Source of the DNA: a virus
Taxonomy: Duplodnaviria > Caudoviricetes
Length of the DNA stretch: 64,000 bases
IMG/VR virus record: IMGVR_UViG_2740892280_000002
Span: 15,512-79,511 of that record
Strand: one strand, 5' to 3'
Of the stretch, positions 1 through 8,705 are shown in pieces. Position 1 is the first letter of the stretch. Each line of letters starts with the position of its first letter. The position numbers were made by a program, and so were the translations under genes. Below the pieces are notes generated by a model, which worked only from the letters and a program-made list of their open reading frames with translations, was not told the DNA's origin and searched no databases.

Positions 1-16
1 GCAGCTCAAGAAGCGT

Positions 17-982
17 ATGAAGATGCGCAAGAAGTCGAAAGAAGAGCTTGAGCTCCTCGGGAAAAACTTCCTTTTGACGGATCGCTTTATGTGGCCCGCC
101 GACGAAGAGGGCTCAAACAAGATCATCAACATGATCGATACGCACTTCGGCAAGGATACCCCGCCCGACGTTATCGTATTCGATCCGCTCGCGAACATCT
201 TCGACGGGAAGTCGGAAAACGACAACGTCGATATGAAGAACTTTCTAACGAAGCGGATCGAATACATCCGCAACGCGGTCAACCCTGATGCCGGCGTTAT
301 CCTTGTCCACCATGCGAACAAGGTCAAAGCGGAGGATATGAAGTCCGACCCGTTCAACGCTATTCGCGGCGCTTCGTCCCTTCGCGGCTACTATTCCTCG
401 GCGGTCTTTATCTGCAAGCTCGACCTTGAAGGCGACGACCCGACCCGGCGTATCTGGTTCGACTTCCGCTCGGAAGAACCGCCCGCGCCGAAGGATATCG
501 AGCTCCGGAAGGATAACGGCGAATTCGTCGAGAAGGCTCCGCCGAAGAACTCCCAGGAGAGTCGCGCGGAGAAGGATCGGAACTTCCTCGAAAACGTTAT
601 CCTCGGGCAGTCCGAACAGTCGATGTACTACACGCCGTCGCAGTTCGCCGAGACCTACGGAGCGACCGGCGGTATGGGCTCCGCGAAATCGATCAAAAAG
701 AAGCTTCTAGAGCTCGCAAAGTCCGGGGTTATCAAGTTCTTTGACGGCTCCGCGCTCGGCCTAGAGCCAGTCTCAAAACGCGATTACGGCTATATTTGGG
801 TTCCGGGTCTCCGCCATCCTAACGGAGATACGGAGGACGTTGATCAGGTAACCGGCGAATACAAGCTAAGCGAGGCTTTCGTTAAGCCTACGCACTTCCT
901 TGAGCCGGTCTCTAGCTCGTTTATTCCGCTTCCGCCCGACTTCGCGCAATCCCTCTATGACAAACGAAAGGATCTAAATTGA
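17..982 (+). CDS. RepA/AAA_25-type replicative helicase, C-terminal part (frame is open upstream; probably truncated by the window edge)
   Basis: Walker B-like VIVFDPL, VILVHH and AIRGASSL motifs of RepA-family SF4 helicases; no Walker A in the visible part. Confidence 0.75.
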   Translation: MKMRKKSKEELELLGKNFLLTDRFMWPADEEGSNKIINMIDTHFGKDTPPDVIVFDPLANIFDGKSENDNVDMKNFLTKRIEYIRNAVNPDAGVILVHHANKVKAEDMKSDPFNAIRGASSLRGYYSSAVFICKLDLEGDDPTRRIWFDFRSEEPPAPKDIELRKDNGEFVEKAPPKNSQESRAEKDRNFLENVILGQSEQSMYYTPSQFAETYGATGGMGSAKSIKKKLLELAKSGVIKFFDGSALGLEPVSKRDYGYIWVPGLRHPNGDTEDVDQVTGEYKLSEAFVKPTHFLEPVSSSFIPLPPDFAQSLYDKRKDLN

Positions 983-1338
983 CGCTCGAATCCCTCCCGT
1001 CGCAAATCGTTGTTGGCTATCAGACTGTCGGGGTCTACGTCGATGAAATGATCCCAGCGAGCAACGTCGCGGCCTATAGCGCCGCGCACTCACGGATCCA
1101 TATCGATTCCTCGGCGCATCATACAAACGAGGATATCGTCAACTCGGTTATTCACGAGGTTCTTCACGCCTGTTTCTATACCTCCAATCTCTCACGGCTT
1201 GATCCTGGTGAGCATGAGGAAATGACCGTGACAATGCTCGCAAACTCGCTAACCCAGGTTTTCCGCGACAATCCGGATTTCCTTGACTGGGTCCGCTTCT
1301 CAATCGAGAAAACAAATTGTAGCCAAAAACAGAATTAG
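979..1338 (+). CDS. HExxH zinc metallopeptidase-like phage protein
   Basis: VIHEVLHAC motif plus downstream EE; 4-nt overlap with upstream stop. Confidence 0.6.
   Translation: MTLESLPSQIVVGYQTVGVYVDEMIPASNVAAYSAAHSRIHIDSSAHHTNEDIVNSVIHEVLHACFYTSNLSRLDPGEHEEMTVTMLANSLTQVFRDNPDFLDWVRFSIEKTNCSQKQN
1319..1328 (+). repeat. First copy of dispersed GTAGCCAAAA motif
   Basis: Exact + copies at 1319,1636,3222,4498,6469,7542,8687,12009,22520,29936,34943,48511,49757,61063; exact - copies at 14637,17055,18899,25043,25604,26266,31810; about ten 1-2 mismatch variants. Confidence 0.9.
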
Positions 1339-1340
1339 CC

Positions 1341-1369
1341 CTGTACAGGATTTGCCGGATCGGTTACGA
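1341..1369 (+). promoter_or_regulatory. Early-type promoter CTGTAC-N17-TTACGA
   Basis: Same CTGTAC -35 box and 17-nt spacer as the leftward cassettes at 11575, 15372, 17003, 19615. Confidence 0.5.
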
Positions 1370-1419
1370 CTCTCTCTATCGAAAACGAACGCGAAACAAC
1401 GCGATTTAGGAGAGAGAAG

Positions 1420-1632
1420 ATGTTTGTAGTTCGCAACCGTTCCGGCTACCTGGCCCTTGAAAACGGCGAGTTTTTCTTCGCCAAGAATCCGAACAAAGCT
1501 TTCAAGTTTTCTACGCTTTCCGAGGCAGACGGTTACGCCTCCGAATACGGCGGATCTGCCGAACCTTCCTCCGCTCCGCGCTTCCGCCGGAAGAACGACA
1601 AGCGCTCGCTCGCCTTCTCCCTTGCTGCCTAA
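1420..1632 (+). CDS. hypothetical protein
   Basis: AGGAGAG RBS before ATG; 70 aa. Confidence 0.6.
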   Translation: MFVVRNRSGYLALENGEFFFAKNPNKAFKFSTLSEADGYASEYGGSAEPSSAPRFRRKNDKRSLAFSLAA

Positions 1633-1665
1633 CGAGTAGCCAAAAAAGGAAAGGCGGTTACGCCA

Positions 1666-2964
1666 ATGTCAACGCTTAAGTCAGACGGGATCGTCCTCTC
1701 CTCGGAGCAGGAGACCGCCGTCAAGAAGTTCCGCGATTGGTGGCGCGGCAAAGAAGGCAAGACCTTCTATCTCGCCGGGTACGCCGGTACGGGTAAATCA
1801 ACCGTTGCAAAGATCATGGCCGAGGGTAAAGGTCGGATCGGATACGCGGCTCCGACCCATAAGGCGGCGGCTGTTCTCCGGTCCAAAGGGATCGCAGGCG
1901 CGGGGACGATCCATTCCTTTATCTACATTCTCGAAGAGCCTCGGCGCGAGGACTTTGCGACGGATTGGGAATACGAAAAGGCGCTGATCGCCTTCCTTGA
2001 CTCCCCGGAATTCGCCCTCCAACCCGAAGACTCGCTCGACGAATACGACCTGATCGTCGTCGACGAATGCTCGATGGTAGATCAGAAGACGCTCGACGAT
2101 CTCGAAAAGTTTGCGCCTCGGATCTTGGCGATGGGCGACCCCGGCCAGCTCCCGCCTGTTGGAGGACCCGGAGCCTTTACCTTCCGGGAGCCCGACGCGA
2201 TCTTGACGCAGGTTCATCGTCAGGCGGAGGATAACCCGATCCTGGCACTTGCGACGCAGGTCCGGCTTACGGGCCAGTATGGCGCCTTTGACGATATCCC
2301 GATTATTTCGGCATACGATCACAACGCGGTCGACTGGTTCCTCAATAACGCTGACCAGGTTGTCGCGGGCTTCAACAAGACCCGGCGCGAGGTCAACTTC
2401 CGGGTACGGCGCTTGCGCGGTATTGACGACTTTTGGCCTGTCCCCGGAGATCGGATGATCTCTCAATCGGGAGCGATTATTCACAAGCGCGTCGACCCGT
2501 CCGAGGTTGATCTTTCTTCAACTCTTCGTGGCCTCGGCTTCGAAGACGATACGCAGGACGGCCTCTTCAACGGCGAGGAAGTCGTGATCGAGAAGGTCGT
2601 GCGAGACAAGAATAATCAGGTGATGGAACAGCCTGAATTTCGATCAATCGGCTCTCAGGATTTCAGGTTCAAATCGGCGTATGCGGACATTCGCAAGCTC
2701 GATAAGCCCGGCGTCTATATGGCGAATTGTGTTACAGATTGGTGGAAACCTGACGTCTCCGCGAACCCTCGAAAATGGAGGGGTTTCGTCCATCTCGATT
2801 ACGCTTACGCGATTACGGCGCACAAGAGCCAGGGCTCGGAATGGGAGCGCGTCGCTATCTACGACGACGGCTTCGCGGCCCGGAATATCGAGGATCGGAA
2901 AAAGTGGCTCTATACGGCTGTCACCCGAGCCTCCAAGGCGCTCGCTATCATCAGGTCAAACTGA
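1666..2964 (+). CDS. Dda/RecD-like SF1B helicase
   Basis: GYAGTGKST Walker A, AAPTHKAA, VVDECSMV Walker B, GDPGQLPPV, YAITAHKSQGSEW, LYTAVTRA. Confidence 0.9.
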   Translation: MSTLKSDGIVLSSEQETAVKKFRDWWRGKEGKTFYLAGYAGTGKSTVAKIMAEGKGRIGYAAPTHKAAAVLRSKGIAGAGTIHSFIYILEEPRREDFATDWEYEKALIAFLDSPEFALQPEDSLDEYDLIVVDECSMVDQKTLDDLEKFAPRILAMGDPGQLPPVGGPGAFTFREPDAILTQVHRQAEDNPILALATQVRLTGQYGAFDDIPIISAYDHNAVDWFLNNADQVVAGFNKTRREVNFRVRRLRGIDDFWPVPGDRMISQSGAIIHKRVDPSEVDLSSTLRGLGFEDDTQDGLFNGEEVVIEKVVRDKNNQVMEQPEFRSIGSQDFRFKSAYADIRKLDKPGVYMANCVTDWWKPDVSANPRKWRGFVHLDYAYAITAHKSQGSEWERVAIYDDGFAARNIEDRKKWLYTAVTRASKALAIIRSN

Positions 2965-2994
2965 CGGAGCCTTCTAGCGGTCGTCTTAATACGG

Positions 2995-3053
2995 AAAAAA
3001 TATCCTATCCTTGCCCGCTCCAACTAAGAAGGGCTAGGATGGGATATATTTTT
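2995..3053. repeat. 59-nt hairpin repeat, copy 1 (identical to 31493-31551)
   Basis: aaaaaatatcctatccttgccc-gctccaactaagaa-gggctaggatgggatatattttt; ~22-bp imperfect stem with A tract before and T tract after. Confidence 0.95.
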
Positions 3054-3400
3054 CCTCCTTGTATTTATCCGACCTAGCTCGGTCGCTTTCGCTTCCCGCC
3101 CTATCCGCTTCGGGTAAACCTACGCTATCGGGCGTGACCGAGCTAACGCAGAGTGCGCGCAAGAAGGCTCATCGAAAATAAAGGGTGCTAGGCAGGCGAG
3201 AAGCGTTTCTAGGCTATCGTTGTAGCCAAAAAGATAAGAACGGCTGCGGAGCACCTGTTATTTTTTGATATTGGGTATGATTTGGCATTCTCCGAGGGGT
3301 CAAAAGCGAGAGGGAGAGCGAATAGCGGCTACATCGGCCCTCTTGATAGGGTTTTCGAATTTGGCTACAAGCGGCCAACGCAACCGGAAAGGAGCAACAA

Positions 3401-4501
3401 GTGAAATTTGAAATCGGCAAGGAAAGCCTCTCGGCGGCAATCGGAATGATCGTCTCCGTCCTCGACAAGAAAGCGACCGTCCCGCTCTTCGGCATGGTCA
3501 ACATTGTGTCATACCTCCCGGAAGGGAACAGCGATCTCGGCAAGATCGAATTGTATGGGACGAATGGGATCTCGGAGATCCGGACAACGCTCGAAGCGAC
3601 GGTCGGCGAAGCTGGTCGGATTGCAGTCTCCGGGGAAGTCCTCGGAGGGATCGTCAAGAAGCTTCCGAGTAAACCGGTCAAGGTTGAGATTGACTCAAGT
3701 ATCATGAACGTCAAGTGTGGTCGCTCAAAGTTCAAGGTTACGACCTTGCCCGAGCTCGCTCCGAGCTTGATCGATATGAGCGATGCCGAAGTCGTCTTCA
3801 AGGCTCCCGAGGATTCGTTTATCCCGGCTCTCAAGATGGTTGCCTTCGCAATGTCCGACGACGCGGCGAGGCATTATCTCAATGGTGTCCATATCGATTT
3901 CGAGGACGGCAAGGCGAACCTTGTTGCAACGGACGGCCATCGTCTCGCTCGCAAGGTTATCGAGGTCGACGGCGTTCCTGGGAAAGCCTACACGCTCCCG
4001 CGCCCGGCGGTCGACTTCCTCTCGAAGTATGCCAACGGCGAGGTAACCGTCTCCCTTTCCGCGAACAAGATCACGGTCGGCTTCCTCGGCGGGGTCTATA
4101 CCTCGAATCTGATCGACGGGACCTTCCCCGACTATCGGCGGGTTATTCCGGAGACAACGAAAGAGGTCGCGGAGATCGACAAGGACGAACTCTCGCGGAC
4201 GATCTCTCTCGTTACGGCTACCTCGGAAGCCAAGACGCGGGCGGTCCGGCTCTCGCTTAGCGAGGGGACGCTCGTAACGAACGCGGCAGCGGGCGGGAAC
4301 GAAGGCAAGGACGAAATCGAAATCGACTATGCCGGCCCTCCGATTACTGTCGGCCTAAACGGGAAGTATCTCGCGGAGATCCTCTCCTCGGTTGAAACGC
4401 CCGGCGTCTATTTCGGCGTCAACGATCCGAGCACTCCGATCAAGATCATCCCGACAGATGACGCGGCCTTTACGGCGATCTGTATGCCGCTTCGAGTGTA
4501 G
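3401..4501 (+). CDS. dnaN: DNA polymerase III beta subunit (sliding clamp)
   Basis: 366 aa; RHYLNGV, VATDGHRLA, LIDGTFPDYRRVIP, GLNGKYL and C-terminal MPLRV typical of DnaN; GGAG RBS with GTG start. Confidence 0.95.
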   Translation: MKFEIGKESLSAAIGMIVSVLDKKATVPLFGMVNIVSYLPEGNSDLGKIELYGTNGISEIRTTLEATVGEAGRIAVSGEVLGGIVKKLPSKPVKVEIDSSIMNVKCGRSKFKVTTLPELAPSLIDMSDAEVVFKAPEDSFIPALKMVAFAMSDDAARHYLNGVHIDFEDGKANLVATDGHRLARKVIEVDGVPGKAYTLPRPAVDFLSKYANGEVTVSLSANKITVGFLGGVYTSNLIDGTFPDYRRVIPETTKEVAEIDKDELSRTISLVTATSEAKTRAVRLSLSEGTLVTNAAAGGNEGKDEIEIDYAGPPITVGLNGKYLAEILSSVETPGVYFGVNDPSTPIKIIPTDDAAFTAICMPLRV

Positions 4502-4522
4502 CCAAAAGGAGAAGAATTGATC

Positions 4523-4657
4523 ATGAGAGAGTTTCTTCTTGCCGTAGCGGTCCTCGGCCTTGTCGCAACCGACTTTTACGAAGGCTGGACGGTCGACGAA
4601 GGCGTAACGCTCGCAGTCGCCCTAATCGTAGGAGTGTTGATTTTCTTCGATGACTGA
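4523..4657 (+). CDS. small membrane protein (44 aa, not in ORF track)
   Basis: MREFLLAVAVLGLV...LAVALIVGVLIFFDD; AGGAG RBS; stop overlaps next ATG. Confidence 0.55.
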   Translation: MREFLLAVAVLGLVATDFYEGWTVDEGVTLAVALIVGVLIFFDD

Positions 4658-4895
4658 ACTTTTCGATCTCGGCCTAGGAGGGGATTTAACCCCTCCGAAA
4701 GCCTTCCCGGTCTACGGGCGGACTTCCTTCGGAGATCTCTCCGAATGCCCGTCCTGCGGCTTCAAAATCCCATTCAACGCAAAAGGCGACTTCGAGACGC
4801 TCGATCTCTTCGGAGAGGCGAAAGAGGTTCCGACCGATTGCCCGGCTTGTCGCGAGGAATACGACGCGGGAGCCAATCTTAGGAGGATCCATTGA
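4650..4895 (+). CDS. zinc-ribbon protein
   Basis: CPSC and CPAC pairs. Confidence 0.6.
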   Translation: MTELFDLGLGGDLTPPKAFPVYGRTSFGDLSECPSCGFKIPFNAKGDFETLDLFGEAKEVPTDCPACREEYDAGANLRRIH

Positions 4896-5317
4896 TCGTT
4901 GATCATTACGCCAAGCTTACGGAAAAGCTCGCATCGGTTGATTGGGGGAAACTCCGAAACCAGACGCTTTACCCTGCGGAGCGAATTATCGCTCTTAGGG
5001 ACTCCGGCGGCTCTCTTGTCTACATCGCGGAGCTTTCCAAGGGATCGCTAGCAACCTCGGCGGATCTCTCCGCAAACGACTTTGAGACGCTTTTCAAAGA
5101 CCCGGCAACGGTCCCGACCTGGGCGGCTACGGCGCTCCAAAAGCTTGGCTATATCGATCAGGATGACTTCCTCGGGATCGACAACGTCCAGCACCAGGCG
5201 CTCCGGGATTCAAGGATCAAGACAGCCCTTCGCCTTATCCGGTCTTACTCCGACTTGATCGGCGTTGAATTGACCGGAGAACAGCTCGCTCATATCGAGC
5301 GGATGGAGGGGAAATGA
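4892..5317 (+). CDS. hypothetical protein
   Basis: 4-nt overlaps on both sides within operon. Confidence 0.6.
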   Translation: MIVDHYAKLTEKLASVDWGKLRNQTLYPAERIIALRDSGGSLVYIAELSKGSLATSADLSANDFETLFKDPATVPTWAATALQKLGYIDQDDFLGIDNVQHQALRDSRIKTALRLIRSYSDLIGVELTGEQLAHIERMEGK

Positions 5318-6465
5318 AGCCCTCCTACCGCGTCCCGACCGTTGCGGAGGTCAAGGCAAGGGAAGGCGAGAACGGCTACAAGGTCGCGTCCTTCTTTGCC
5401 GGTTGCGGCGGGTCTTCGTTCGGCTACCGGCTCGCCGGGTTCAAGGTCGTCTATGCAAACGAATTCGTAGAGGAGGCACGCAATGCCTACGCCGCAAACG
5501 CCGGGGAAGGGACAATCATCGATGGCCGAGATATACGGTCCGTCGATCCGCAAGATGTACTCTACGCAGCAGACCTTGAGGAGGGAGAGCTTGATATCCT
5601 CGACGGATCACCTCCCTGCGCAAGCTTTTCCATGGCCGGTGCAAGAGACCGATTGTGGGGAAAAGAAAAGAACTACTCCGACGTCAAACAACGAACTGAC
5701 GATCTCTTCGATCACTATGTCCGGATGGTTGATGGAATCCGACCGAAAGTCTTCCAAGCGGAAAACGTCGCAGGAATGGTCAGGGGATCTTCGGTCGGAC
5801 ACTTCCTTAACGCCCTCGACGACTTCGAGCGAGCAGGATACGACGTTGAAGCCCGACTCGTTAATTTTGCATTCCTCGGATGCCCACAAAGTCGTGTTCG
5901 ACTATTTTTCCAAGGCGTTAGAAGAGATCTGGTCGAAGAGTTTAATGTCCGGCCATCCTTCCCGAAGCCCCTCGGATATACCTACTCAATCGCCGACGCC
6001 TGCCCGTGGGTTGTTCCCGATCTTGGCGATACCGTCGAACTAGATAGATCAGAAAGTCTGATCAATCAGGCTGGCATTGATTTGAGCGTCGAATTAGCGT
6101 CACGCATGGATCGTCAAATGACCGACCCGTCAAAAGCGTATGCGGTCGGCGAAGAATGGCTCAAACTCAAGCCCGGCGAGCAGTCGGATCGGTTCTTCCA
6201 ATTGGTCCGCTGCGATCCCGACAAGCCTGCGCCGACGATTACAGCGACGGGCGGTCACCCGTCTGCGGCCTCGGTAACCCACCCTTACGAGAATCGGAAA
6301 TTCTCGATTGCTGAAGTCCGGCGGCTATCCGGCTTCCCTGACGACTTCGTCTTTACCGGATCTTACATGCAGCAGTTTGAACGCGCTGGGCGTTCGGTCC
6401 TTCCGTTCGGGATGATGCGGCTTGCCGATACCATCGAATCCGAAATCCTCGACAGGCTTGTCTAG
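5314..6465 (+). CDS. C5 cytosine DNA methyltransferase family; possible carboxymethyltransferase
   Basis: Motif I FAGCGG, catalytic GSPPC, ENV, QSRVR; motif X reads GRSV instead of GN(A/S)V. Confidence 0.9.
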   Translation: MKPSYRVPTVAEVKAREGENGYKVASFFAGCGGSSFGYRLAGFKVVYANEFVEEARNAYAANAGEGTIIDGRDIRSVDPQDVLYAADLEEGELDILDGSPPCASFSMAGARDRLWGKEKNYSDVKQRTDDLFDHYVRMVDGIRPKVFQAENVAGMVRGSSVGHFLNALDDFERAGYDVEARLVNFAFLGCPQSRVRLFFQGVRRDLVEEFNVRPSFPKPLGYTYSIADACPWVVPDLGDTVELDRSESLINQAGIDLSVELASRMDRQMTDPSKAYAVGEEWLKLKPGEQSDRFFQLVRCDPDKPAPTITATGGHPSAASVTHPYENRKFSIAEVRRLSGFPDDFVFTGSYMQQFERAGRSVLPFGMMRLADTIESEILDRLV

Positions 6466-6487
6466 CTTGTAGCCAAAAGGAGAAAAA

Positions 6488-6667
6488 ATGATCTTGTTCG
6501 AATTCAATCGCTGGCGTCGTGCCATCGATCTCCGGAAGCGGCGGGCTGCTGCCGCGATCCGGGTTGTTGAGCATACGCGGGCTCAGCGGCATATCGCTGC
6601 TCAATCTGCATACGAATATTACGTCGAGCTCGCCGAGGAGCTTGATCAGGTAGAGGGGAGGGCCTGA
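6488..6667 (+). CDS. hypothetical protein (59 aa)
   Basis: GTAGCCAAAAGGAG RBS, ATG 6488, TGA overlapping next ATG. Confidence 0.55.
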   Translation: MILFEFNRWRRAIDLRKRRAAAAIRVVEHTRAQRHIAAQSAYEYYVELAEELDQVEGRA

Positions 6668-6837
6668 TGATCAAACGCCTCAAGCGATGGTTTAAGCGCC
6701 GGGAGCTAAAGGATCTTCTCCGGATGGCCGTCGTCTACAAGTTCCGGGCTCTCCTAAACGGCGATCACGCAACGGCTAAGCGCTACGATCAGATCGTAAG
6801 GAACATCCGACAAGAGCTCCGGGAACTCGAAGCATGA
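6667..6837 (+). CDS. hypothetical protein (56 aa)
   Basis: Translationally coupled on both sides (TGATG, ATGA). Confidence 0.55.
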   Translation: MIKRLKRWFKRRELKDLLRMAVVYKFRALLNGDHATAKRYDQIVRNIRQELRELEA

Positions 6838-7208
6838 ACGGCGTTCAATTCGTTTTCGTCTTCGGCTCTAACCTTGCTGGCCGGCACGGCAAGGGAGCCG
6901 CCCTCTACGCAAAGCAACACTTCGGCGCGGAATACGGCGTCGGGGTAGGGCGGACCGGCAACGCTTACGCTATCCCGACAAAGGATAGAGAGCTCCGGAC
7001 GCTCTCTCTTGAGGTTGTCGAGGAGGGTATCAAGGCGTTTATTGAATACGCCCGCGAGCGAGCTCGGGAAGCGCCCTATGAGATCTTCATCCTAACGCCT
7101 ATCGGTTGCGGGCTAGCGGGTCATGCTAAGGCGAATATCGCCGAGATCTTCAAGCGGCTCAGCTTGCCGGAAAACGTGCTCTTGTCGAATACCTGGGTTA
7201 CCGACTAG
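6834..7208 (+). CDS. A1S_2505-like phage non-structural protein
   Basis: FVFGSNLAGRHGKGAA, YAIPT, TPIGCGLAG signature recalled for this family. Confidence 0.7.
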   Translation: MNGVQFVFVFGSNLAGRHGKGAALYAKQHFGAEYGVGVGRTGNAYAIPTKDRELRTLSLEVVEEGIKAFIEYARERAREAPYEIFILTPIGCGLAGHAKANIAEIFKRLSLPENVLLSNTWVTD

Positions 7209-7437
7209 GCCCTGCCCAAATCCCGGCTCTCGCGAGCGGCTTAACGAAATGCTCGCGGTTGCCGGTCAACTTCTCGGCGAGGGCGTCGATAGCGTCTAGG
7301 ACGTCTTGAGCGGCGCGGTACTCAGGCGATCCGATCTTCGCCTCGGTAGAGACCTGGATCGCTCCCGCTCGCCCTTCCTTGAGCCTCCCTAGGGCTTGAT
7401 CGGTATGGATGACGCGGCGCTTTGATCGTTGCGACAT
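7198..7437 (-). CDS. small protein (79 aa) on the opposite strand, preceded by a LexA box
   Basis: MSQRSKRRVIHTD...IDALAEKLTGNREHF; AGAGAAG RBS; SOS box 21 nt upstream. Confidence 0.6.
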   Translation of the reverse strand: MSQRSKRRVIHTDQALGRLKEGRAGAIQVSTEAKIGSPEYRAAQDVLDAIDALAEKLTGNREHFVKPLARAGIWAGPSR

Positions 7438-7457
7438 GCTAGCTTCTCTCGATTTGT

Positions 7458-7472
7458 GTTCACTATCTGTTC
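7458..7472. promoter_or_regulatory. alphaproteobacterial LexA (SOS) box
   Basis: GTTC-actatct-GTTC is an exact match to GTTC-N7-GTTC, intergenic. Confidence 0.7.
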
Positions 7473-7507
7473 TAGTGCTCGCAGTCGCATATTTCAACAC
7501 TCAATCG

Positions 7508-7536
7508 CTTGACTGCCTCGGGTCGTTCAAGTAACC
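7508..7536 (+). promoter_or_regulatory. sigma70-type promoter CTTGAC-N17-GTAACC
   Basis: Perfect alphaproteobacterial -35 CTTGAC; -10 box weak; followed by GTAGCCAAAA and RBS. Confidence 0.45.
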
Positions 7537-7568
7537 AAAACGTAGCCAAAAACGGAAAAGGAGATACA

Positions 7569-8165
7569 ATGAAAACCACCCATATGATGATCGACCTTGA
7601 GACGCTCGGAACCGTCGCCGGGATGAAGATCCTCTCTTTCGCCGCGACGCCCTTCTTTGAAGGGGAAGGCACGCGCCTTGAGGTCGGCGACCCTCTCTAC
7701 CGGCGGATTGATCGGGACAAATACGCGAAGCCGGTCGAGGACCGCGAGAACTTCGTCAATGAGGATTGGCAGGAAGATTCGCGAACGCTCGCTTGGTGGG
7801 ATCAGCAGTCCGAGGAAGCCCGGCGCGAAGCCTTCTCCGGGACCGAAGCGCCCGAGACCGCCCTTGTTGAGCTCGCGGCCTTTATCCGGCGGCACAAGCC
7901 GAAAACGGTCTGGTCGAAGGGCTTTATGGATCTCTCCATGCTCGAATACGCCTTCTACAAATTCGGCATCGAATGCCCTTGGCACTACCAGGCTCCGCGC
8001 TGCCTTCGGACAAAGCTCCGGACAACCGGCGAGCTTGGTATCGAGCCCGGTCACGACGTCCGGTGGAGCGAGGACTTTGTCGCCCACGACCCGGTCTGGG
8101 ATAACAAGCTCCAGATTGCCGAGCTTGAGGATCTCTACCGCTTCTCCGATATGGTCCTCGCATGA
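7569..8165 (+). CDS. DEDD (DnaQ-like) 3'-5' exonuclease
   Basis: HMMIDLETLG exo I motif, WSKGFMD, CPW..RCLRT, H-x4-D; ATG 7569 follows AAGGAG. Confidence 0.8.
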   Translation: MKTTHMMIDLETLGTVAGMKILSFAATPFFEGEGTRLEVGDPLYRRIDRDKYAKPVEDRENFVNEDWQEDSRTLAWWDQQSEEARREAFSGTEAPETALVELAAFIRRHKPKTVWSKGFMDLSMLEYAFYKFGIECPWHYQAPRCLRTKLRTTGELGIEPGHDVRWSEDFVAHDPVWDNKLQIAELEDLYRFSDMVLA

Positions 8166-8587
8166 TCGGAGCTGGCCCTAAAAAGCCGATCCTCCCGAGG
8201 TCGATCCGGTCCCCTGACGATAACTTCGTCGGGGACTGCGTCGCAACAGCCCTATGGAATACCGGTGGCGTTGTCGTCGTCTCGGAGAAATTCGAGCGGT
8301 CGAGAAACCTACTCTATGGCGCAGCCGAGGTCTTGAGCCGTTGCGAGATACCCTTTTCGTTCAAGAAGAGCCGTAACGCGATTACGATCCTGCCTGATAG
8401 CTACCGGATCTTCCTCGGCTTTTCCTACCTCGACGCACGGCCGGAAGTCTCGGTCGCCGGGACGTTGCGGGTTATCGTCTTCGATCCTGATATGCCGAGC
8501 CTCTTCGGTCCTAGGCTTAACAGCTACCGGAGATGGCGGGAGTATGCCGAGGTACAGGATCTCAAGCTCGGGAGGGTAAAGCCTTGA
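8162..8587 (+). CDS. hypothetical protein
   Basis: ATGA overlap with upstream gene. Confidence 0.55.
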   Translation: MIGAGPKKPILPRSIRSPDDNFVGDCVATALWNTGGVVVVSEKFERSRNLLYGAAEVLSRCEIPFSFKKSRNAITILPDSYRIFLGFSYLDARPEVSVAGTLRVIVFDPDMPSLFGPRLNSYRRWREYAEVQDLKLGRVKP

Positions 8588-8705
8588 TCCCGCTCTCCCT
8601 GATCTTCCCCCTATTGCCGACAGGCATCCCTGGCCGCGTAGGGTATCGCAAGCTAAAGGCGGAGGCGCTCTCGGCGTCTCCTGATCGTAGCCAAAAGGAG
8701 AAAAA

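Noticed and set aside
2995-3370. Retron msr/msd or DGR template repeat
   Set aside because: No reverse transcriptase in the window, and the identical block has no adenine-specific differences or coding target.
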